NCBI GenBank assembly: GCA_964549615.1
Contig: CAZJVP010000051.1
Coordinates: 64,001 to 128,000 of the forward strand
Length of the DNA: 64,000 bases
Direction of reading: 5' to 3'
Source of the DNA: an uncultured Thermococci archaeon
GTDB lineage: Archaea > CAYQAE01 > CAYVLA01
The notes beneath the pieces are model-generated. The model had not been told where the DNA came from, searched no databases, and saw only the letters and a program-made list of their open reading frames with translations. The position numbers and the translations under genes are program-made. Positions 58,163 through 64,000 of this stretch are shown piece after piece. Within the stretch, counting starts at the first letter, position 1; each line of letters begins with the position of its first letter.

Positions 58163-59251
58163 CTATCCCTCTACGAAGCTTGAGACCGTGGCGGCGTCAA
58201 GCCTCTTGACGCATTCCATAACCAGAGAGATGGTGGCCTCCACGTCCGCGACCGAGAACATGCCGACATGCGAGTGTATGTGACGGGTCGGGACGCCCAG
58301 CACGATGCTCGGGCAGCCGGCCCCCGTGATATGTATCTGGCCCGCGTCCGTTCCGCCGCGCGTCGCGATGGAGAGCTGATGCCGGATCCCAGCCTCTTTT
58401 GCCACCCTGATCACGAACTCCTTCAGCGGCTGGTTGGGTATCATCGATGTGTCGTATGTGAGGATGGCAACCCCCTTGCCCATCTTGGCCGGCGCTACCT
58501 TGTTGGCTGCCCCCGGGACGTCTCCGGAGATGTCGACCTCCAGAGTGAGGCATACATCTGGGTTGGTCTCATAGGCGACCGTGCGGGCACCGCGTGCGCC
58601 GACCTCCTCCTGCGTTGTGGCCACGCCCACGACCGTGTTCGGGTGTGCAATGCCTTCCATCCTCAGCTTCCTGACAACCTCCATTGCGATGAAGGCGCCG
58701 AGGCGGTCATCGAAGGCCTTGCCTATGGCGATGCGCCCGTCCCGCAACAGCGTGAAGGGGGACACTGGCACGATGGGGTCGCCGATCCTCACCCCGAGGT
58801 CTTCGGTTTCCTTTCTCGACGAGGTGCCGATATCGATGAACATCTTTTCCTTGGCCACTACCTTCTTCCTTTCCTCCTCAGGGAGCAGGTGGGGAGGAGT
58901 GGCCGAGATCACTCCTTGCAGGAGTCCTTTTTCTGTCTTGACGGCCACCCTCTGGCTCAAGAGCACCTGGTCGAACCAGCCTCCTAGGGGGCCGAAGGTC
59001 AGGAAGCCGGTGGCCTTGTCTATCCCGGTCACGCAGAAACCGACTTCGTCTATGTGGCCCGGCAAGAGAACGATGGGCCTATCCGCAGTGCCCTTTTTCT
59101 CGAAGATGACCGATCCCAACTTGTTGATCCTGCACGAATCAGAGATGCCCTGTACTGTGCGTTTCACGATCTGCGCCGTATCTCGTTCAAATCCGGGTGG
59201 CCCAAAGGACTCGCTGAGTTCCTTGAGCAGTGCGAACTGCCTTTCATCCAA
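58163..59251 (-). CDS. M42-family aminopeptidase (TET-like)
   Basis: HIDEVG, GKAFDDR, QEEVG.RGA, GGTDAG, RHIHS. Confidence 0.92.
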   Translation of the reverse strand: MDERQFALLKELSESFGPPGFERDTAQIVKRTVQGISDSCRINKLGSVIFEKKGTADRPIVLLPGHIDEVGFCVTGIDKATGFLTFGPLGGWFDQVLLSQRVAVKTEKGLLQGVISATPPHLLPEEERKKVVAKEKMFIDIGTSSRKETEDLGVRIGDPIVPVSPFTLLRDGRIAIGKAFDDRLGAFIAMEVVRKLRMEGIAHPNTVVGVATTQEEVGARGARTVAYETNPDVCLTLEVDISGDVPGAANKVAPAKMGKGVAILTYDTSMIPNQPLKEFVIRVAKEAGIRHQLSIATRGGTDAGQIHITGAGCPSIVLGVPTRHIHSHVGMFSVADVEATISLVMECVKRLDAATVSSFVEG

Positions 59252-59387
59252 GCGATCGCCCGAACTGGGAAAGAACGTGCGGAAAAAAATCTTATGGAGA
59301 CGGAAGAGCCTTAATCATAGGGAGGCGGGGCGGAGATGGCCCCAAAGAGTTAAATTGGTTCATCCTCAGGACTCCGATGTGGGTGCG

Positions 59388-60401
59388 ATGGGCCGGGTCG
59401 TAGTCTGCGTCACCGGAGTGGGCGGGCCTGCCGGCTTCAACTGCATCAGGAGCCTGAGGGATTCGGGCCTTGATGCAAGGATAGTCGCCATGGACATGGA
59501 TCCCCAGGCCGCAGGGTTCTACCATGAGTCGGACGTTTCCTACGTCGTTCCGCCGGCGACGAGCGAGGAGTTCATACTGACCCTCTTCAAGATCATCGAA
59601 AGGGAGAAGGTGGATGTCCTAATACCGACGGTGGATGAGGAGATCTCGGTCCTTTGCAGGGAACCCGTCCTTGACAGGCTTTCGCGGCTCACCAACTTCC
59701 TTCTGCCGAGCCAGGCAGCCGCGGGAAAAGCTCTGGACAAGAGCCGGACGATCTCTGAGGCCCGGAGGGCAGGATTGCCAGTCCCCAAGACCCTCGTCGC
59801 CGCCTCGAGGGCGGATCTGGAAAGGAAATCTAGGAGGGTCGGCTTTCCCTTGGTCGTGAAGCCGTCTCGCTCCAGAGGGGCGCGTGGCATCTCGTACGTC
59901 GATGAGAAGCGCGATCTGGGAAAGGCTTGGAGCGCGGCATCACAGGTAGGCGGCGAGGTTCTTCTACAGGAATACGTCCCAGGACCGGTCTTCACCGTGG
60001 GGACCGTAAGTGGCCGCGACGGCCGGATTGTGGCAAGCATCGTCCTGCAGAAGACCAAGGAGATTCCTCAGACGGGTGGCGTCGCCGTTGCCGGAAAGAC
60101 GGTGGCGAACCCGGCCCTTCAAGAGCTCGGCGAGAAGTACGTCAGTTGCCTTGGTTGGTGCGGACCGGCCTCACCAGAGGTAAAGCTTGATGAGAGGGAT
60201 GGTGGTTACAAGTTGATGGAGGTCAACCCTAGACTTTTCGGGTACAACTACCTCGCGGCAAGGTCGGGCGTCAATCTGGCGGCGATAACTGTCAGGTTGG
60301 CCCTCGGTGAGGATGTCCAGCCGGTCAGAAACTACACGGAAGGACTCAGCTTCGTGCGAGCTCCGTACGACCTCATCGTTGAAGGCAGGATAGGTGACTG
60401 A
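59388..60401 (+). CDS. ATP-grasp ligase
   Basis: VTGVGG.AG, LIPTVDEE, DK, FPLVVKP...RGARG, LQEYVPG, EVNPR. Confidence 0.88.
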   Translation: MGRVVVCVTGVGGPAGFNCIRSLRDSGLDARIVAMDMDPQAAGFYHESDVSYVVPPATSEEFILTLFKIIEREKVDVLIPTVDEEISVLCREPVLDRLSRLTNFLLPSQAAAGKALDKSRTISEARRAGLPVPKTLVAASRADLERKSRRVGFPLVVKPSRSRGARGISYVDEKRDLGKAWSAASQVGGEVLLQEYVPGPVFTVGTVSGRDGRIVASIVLQKTKEIPQTGGVAVAGKTVANPALQELGEKYVSCLGWCGPASPEVKLDERDGGYKLMEVNPRLFGYNYLAARSGVNLAAITVRLALGEDVQPVRNYTEGLSFVRAPYDLIVEGRIGD

Positions 60402-61017
60402 ATTGAAGATCCTCGTGGTTTCGCCCCACCCGGATGACTTCTGCTTGTGTGTCGGCGGCACCGTTGCCCTTCATGCACGCAAGGGGGATGAGGTTCGCAT
60501 ACTGGTCCTCTCCAACGGAGAGCATGGGGGGGATCCAGAGGTGAGGAAGCGGGAGGCGCTTGAGTCGGCACGGGTTCTGGGATGCAGGGAGGTCAATTTC
60601 CTTGGGCTTCCCGATGGACGCGTGAACGACTCGATAGATTCGGTGTCGAAGATAGAAGCCCACGTCCTAGAATTCGGCCCAGATCGGGTGTACTGCAACA
60701 GCAACAGGGACAGACACCAGGATCACAGGAACGGCAGCCTGGCAACCCTGTCAGCTGCAAGAAAGGTCTCGGAGGTCTTCATGTACGAGGGCATGACGGC
60801 GTGGACCAGCTTCCAGCCCTCCACATTCGTTGACATAACCGACGTGATCGATCTAAAGATGCGCGCAATAGCGGTTCACAGGAGTCAGGAGAATCGGTAC
60901 TATATGCGGCCAAGCTCGGTCAAAGGGCTGAACCAGTTTCGGGGGTGGCAGGCGAACGTATCGTACGCCGAGGCGTTCGAGATCGCCAGGCAGTTGATCA
61001 GGATCCGCCCAACCTAG
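60394..61017 (+). CDS. PIG-L/LmbE-family deacetylase
   Basis: PHPDD, R..EA, HQDH, H.SQ and AEAF; overlaps the ATP-grasp stop. Confidence 0.9.
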   Translation: MTELKILVVSPHPDDFCLCVGGTVALHARKGDEVRILVLSNGEHGGDPEVRKREALESARVLGCREVNFLGLPDGRVNDSIDSVSKIEAHVLEFGPDRVYCNSNRDRHQDHRNGSLATLSAARKVSEVFMYEGMTAWTSFQPSTFVDITDVIDLKMRAIAVHRSQENRYYMRPSSVKGLNQFRGWQANVSYAEAFEIARQLIRIRPT

Positions 61018-61633
61018 GATCTGGCGGAGCCCTGCCGTATGGAGGGCAGCCACGTTTTCTTGAAGTCCCAGTTCCTGAACTTAAGGTAGCACTCCGCCGC
61101 CTTCTCCGGAGCTATCTTGTGTTTGGTGGCCTTCTCGAACCCAGCCGCAAGCTCCAGCGAGTACATCCTTGCCTCTTCCTCGCTGATGGACATCAAGTCA
61201 GCAAGCTGCTTCAGCGTGCTAGCTGGAGCCTTCTCGTTGAGGGCCTCCTTAACTGCTTCCAGTTCTTGGACCTGCACCTTCTCGGGCGGGGCAGCGCGTG
61301 CCTTCGGCCTTGGGCGCGGATGGGGCTTCCTGGCTAGGTAGAAGCCTCGGAGAAGGATGCTCGCCTGATGGTACTCCCCCTTCTTCATGTGGATCTTGAC
61401 GGTCTCAAGGGTGTCGATCTTGGCCGAGTAGCGCCGCTCGACCTCCTTCTCGGCCTGCTTGAGCATGTTCTCCAACTTTTTCTTCAGCGCCCGCCTCTTG
61501 TTCTCCTTTTCCGATTCCATCCTGCCTCGAACGATCTCGATCATGCTGTCGACTATCTTCTCGGGAAGATCGCCATGCTCCTCCGCCATCATGTTCAGGG
61601 CGGTCTTCTTGAGTTCATTGAGCCTCCTCGTCA
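61014..61633 (-). CDS. hypothetical coiled-coil-rich protein
   Basis: K/E-rich helical ORF with host-like codons; GGGAGGGA upstream of the ATG near 61633. The start is uncertain. Confidence 0.55.
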
Positions 61634-61765
61634 TGGTCGTCCCTCCCGTATTTGTGCGCCGGATCCTCCTAGCCATAGATATGTTTTCTCCGGGGTCTCC
61701 CAATTGTCGGCGCTTTTCGCACGCTTGATCACAGTTTTCAAGCCCAGCGATGACGCGGGCCCGGT

Positions 61766-63115
61766 GTGGAGTTGGAGTTCGAGAACTACTCCCCCCATGT
61801 CCGCGCTGCCCTTCAAGATGCCGGGGTCAGACCCGGTGACGTTGTCGAGCTGGTCGCGGAAGGCCACACCCGTCGCGGGATCATCCTGCCTCGGCCTCAG
61901 ATCGGCGGCGACCCGGAATCCATCGTGATCAAGCTGGATAACGGCTACAACATAGGGATCAGGTGGTCGCCCGGGATGAAGATCAGGAAGATAGCGGCGG
62001 GCCGGCCGCTTGAGGTATTCCCGAGCGTTTCGTTTCAGCCTAGACCCGGCTTGCCGGAGATCTCGGTGGTCGCCACGGGAGGCACGATCGGCTCAAGGGT
62101 CGACTACGAGACGGGCGGGGTGAAGTGGCTGATGGAGCCGGGGCAGATCTTCTTTATGGCCCCTGAGCTTCAGGAGTTGGTGTCGATCAAGAACGTGGCC
62201 GTCCCGTTCCTCATCGGCAGCGAGAATATGTCCGCCTTCCATTGGAAGGAGATCGCACGGTCGGTGGCCCGGGAACTGAACTCCGGCGTGAGCGGGGCCG
62301 TGGTTACACATGGAACCGACACGATGCATTACAGCACTGCCGCCGTGAGTTTCATGCTTCGCAACCTCTCGAAGCCGGTGATGTTCACAGGGGCGCAGCG
62401 CTCGACGGATAGGGGGTCGAGCGACGCGTCAATGAACTTGATTTGCGCGGCGATCGTCGCGGCCAGATCCCCGATCGCGGAGGTGTGCCTCGTCATGCAT
62501 GGCTCGATGGAGGACACGTACTGCCTCATCCACCGCGGAACGAGGGTCAGGAAGATGCACACCTCAAGGAGGGACGCCTTCAGGTCGATCAACGAGTTGC
62601 CGATAGGCAGGGTCTGGCCGGATGGCAGAATCCAGACCGATGGCAGATATGTGGAGCGGTCCGACTCCGAGGTTCAGCTGGACGCGGTATTCGAGGAGAA
62701 GGTCGCGCTCCTCAAGTTCCATCCTGGGATGGACCCCGAGATCATAGACTTCTTCGTCGACCGGGGATTCAAAGGGATCTTGATCGAGGTGACGGCCCTT
62801 GGCCACGTCGCGACGGACGAAAGCCAAAGGAATCTTCTACCGGCCCTCGCTAGGGCCATCGAGGAAGGGGTCGTGGTGGCGGCGGCGCCGCAGACATTGT
62901 ACGGACGGACCGATCCTTGGGTTTACAGCGAGGGAAGGAAAGTCCAAGACATCGGCGTCATCTACTGTGGCGACATGTTGCCTGAAACGGCCTACGTCAA
63001 GCTGGGTTGGGTCCTGGGACACGACCCCAGTCCCGAGGAGGCAAGGAAGATGATGCTAACAAACTACGCCGGGGAGACTTCTGCGGTCTCCGATCCCAGG
63101 GCGTTTCTCGCGTAG
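61766..63115 (+). CDS. gatD: Glu-tRNA(Gln) amidotransferase subunit D
   Basis: IKLDNGYNIG, TGGTI.SRVDY.TG, HGTDTM, GAQRS.DR.SSD, RKMHTSRRDAF, DMLPETAYVKL.W. Confidence 0.96.
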   Translation: MELEFENYSPHVRAALQDAGVRPGDVVELVAEGHTRRGIILPRPQIGGDPESIVIKLDNGYNIGIRWSPGMKIRKIAAGRPLEVFPSVSFQPRPGLPEISVVATGGTIGSRVDYETGGVKWLMEPGQIFFMAPELQELVSIKNVAVPFLIGSENMSAFHWKEIARSVARELNSGVSGAVVTHGTDTMHYSTAAVSFMLRNLSKPVMFTGAQRSTDRGSSDASMNLICAAIVAARSPIAEVCLVMHGSMEDTYCLIHRGTRVRKMHTSRRDAFRSINELPIGRVWPDGRIQTDGRYVERSDSEVQLDAVFEEKVALLKFHPGMDPEIIDFFVDRGFKGILIEVTALGHVATDESQRNLLPALARAIEEGVVVAAAPQTLYGRTDPWVYSEGRKVQDIGVIYCGDMLPETAYVKLGWVLGHDPSPEEARKMMLTNYAGETSAVSDPRAFLA

Positions 63116-63118
63116 GTT

Positions 63119-64000
63119 GTGGCGACCTTGACTATTGACCATGCGAGCGTCGGATTGAAGTGCGGCATCGAGATCCATCAGCGCTTGAATACGCACAAGC
63201 TCTTCTGCGGCTGCTCAAGCGAGCTCAAGGAGCAGGTCCCGGCGCTCGAGGTAAGGAGAAAGCTGAGGGCTGTGGCGGGCGAACTGGGTGAGGTGGATAG
63301 GGCCGCCCTTCACGAGTACCTGAGGGACAGGGTGTTTCTTTACAACGCCTACCAGGGCGAGACCTGTTTGGTCGAGTTGGACGAAGAGCCCCCTGCCCCG
63401 TTGAATGACGAGGCGCTGGACATAGGCCTTGAGATATGCATGCTGTTCAGTGCATGGATTCCGGACGAGGTCCATGTCATGCGCAAGACGGTTGTGGACG
63501 GCAGCAACACGGGAGGCTTCCAGCGCACGTGCGTCATAGGCATGGATGGCGAGATGGAGGGGCCGAGAGGGAGGGTCGCAGTGCCAACGATCTGCTTGGA
63601 GGAGGAAGCCGCGGGCATCGGGGATCAGAGGGGACCTGCCGTGATCTACAAGCTTGACAGGCTGGGCATACCTCTCGTGGAAGTCTCTACGGGCCTCCTG
63701 GAAGGCTATTCGCCCCGAGAGGTTCAGGAGGTCGCCCACAGGATTGGCATGATCCTCAGGATGACCGGGAAGGTCCAACGCGGGATCGGCACGATCAGGC
63801 AGGATGTCAACGTATCGGTCGAGGGTGGGGCGAGGGTTGAGATCAAGGGTTTCCAGCAGATAGGTCGCCTCGCTGAGTTGATCGAGAATGAGGCGCGGCG
63901 CCAGATAGCGCTGATAGCCATCAAGGATGAGCTTTCCAGAAGGTCGCCGAAGGTCTTTGATCCCGTTGATGTGACGCAGTTCTTCTCAGGGGTGAAGACA
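63119..64000 (+). CDS. gatE: Glu-tRNA(Gln) amidotransferase subunit E, 3'-truncated by the window
   Basis: Manual translation gives GLKCGIEIHQ.L...KLFC, CLVELDEEPP, MRKTVVDGSNTGGFQRT, LDRLGIPLVE, RGIGTIRQDVNVS. Confidence 0.95.
   Translation, partial: MATLTIDHASVGLKCGIEIHQRLNTHKLFCGCSSELKEQVPALEVRRKLRAVAGELGEVDRAALHEYLRDRVFLYNAYQGETCLVELDEEPPAPLNDEALDIGLEICMLFSAWIPDEVHVMRKTVVDGSNTGGFQRTCVIGMDGEMEGPRGRVAVPTICLEEEAAGIGDQRGPAVIYKLDRLGIPLVEVSTGLLEGYSPREVQEVAHRIGMILRMTGKVQRGIGTIRQDVNVSVEGGARVEIKGFQQIGRLAELIENEARRQIALIAIKDELSRRSPKVFDPVDVTQFFSGVKT

Noticed and set aside
58581-59387. 606-aa ORF extending the ATP-grasp gene upstream
   Set aside because: The extension is mostly the antisense shadow of the M42 peptidase; family similarity starts at 59388.
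1-64000. Many long overlapping antisense or alternate-frame ORFs; possible Sec/Pyl read-through
   Set aside because: Such ORFs are expected shadows at high GC. The in-frame stops I found occur with frameshifts in decayed genes, so recoding is not supported.

Overview
GC-rich (roughly 60%) archaeal chromosomal segment; gatD-gatE, a tRNA gene without encoded CCA and TATA-type leaderless promoters point to Archaea. It has three zones. (1) 1-7.2 kb is a glycogen/alpha-glucan cluster: debranching-enzyme end, DUF5752-like protein, two GT4s, GH57 and a YHS-fused glucan phosphorylase. (2) About 7.4-47.3 kb is an accessory, partly decaying region downstream of the tRNA-Thr(GGT) 3' end. It holds murQ, an internally deleted sugar kinase, several unclassified glycoside-hydrolase-like genes, a GH20-type pseudogene, a B3 metallo-beta-lactamase-fold gene, an old nei/HIT/membrane-gene duplication around an IS91-like remnant, three toxin-antitoxin-type loci, short tandem repeats and four paralogous membrane-anchored GATase1(DUF1355)-like proteins. 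(3) 47.4-64 kb is mostly housekeeping: tRNA-Thr, truA, TraB-family, NDP-sugar synthase, degenerate PGM, cimA, corrinoid protein, DapA-like, two PIG-L deacetylases, M42 peptidase, ATP-grasp, gatD and partial gatE. No CRISPR array, rRNA or integrase was seen. Best leads: the four-member surface-protein family, MurNAc salvage in an archaeon, a Nei glycosylase that appears to start Met-Glu, a Cas2-like/PIN pair, and a truA stop codon inside an atypical (C55) tRNA. All family calls come from recalled motifs; no searches were run.
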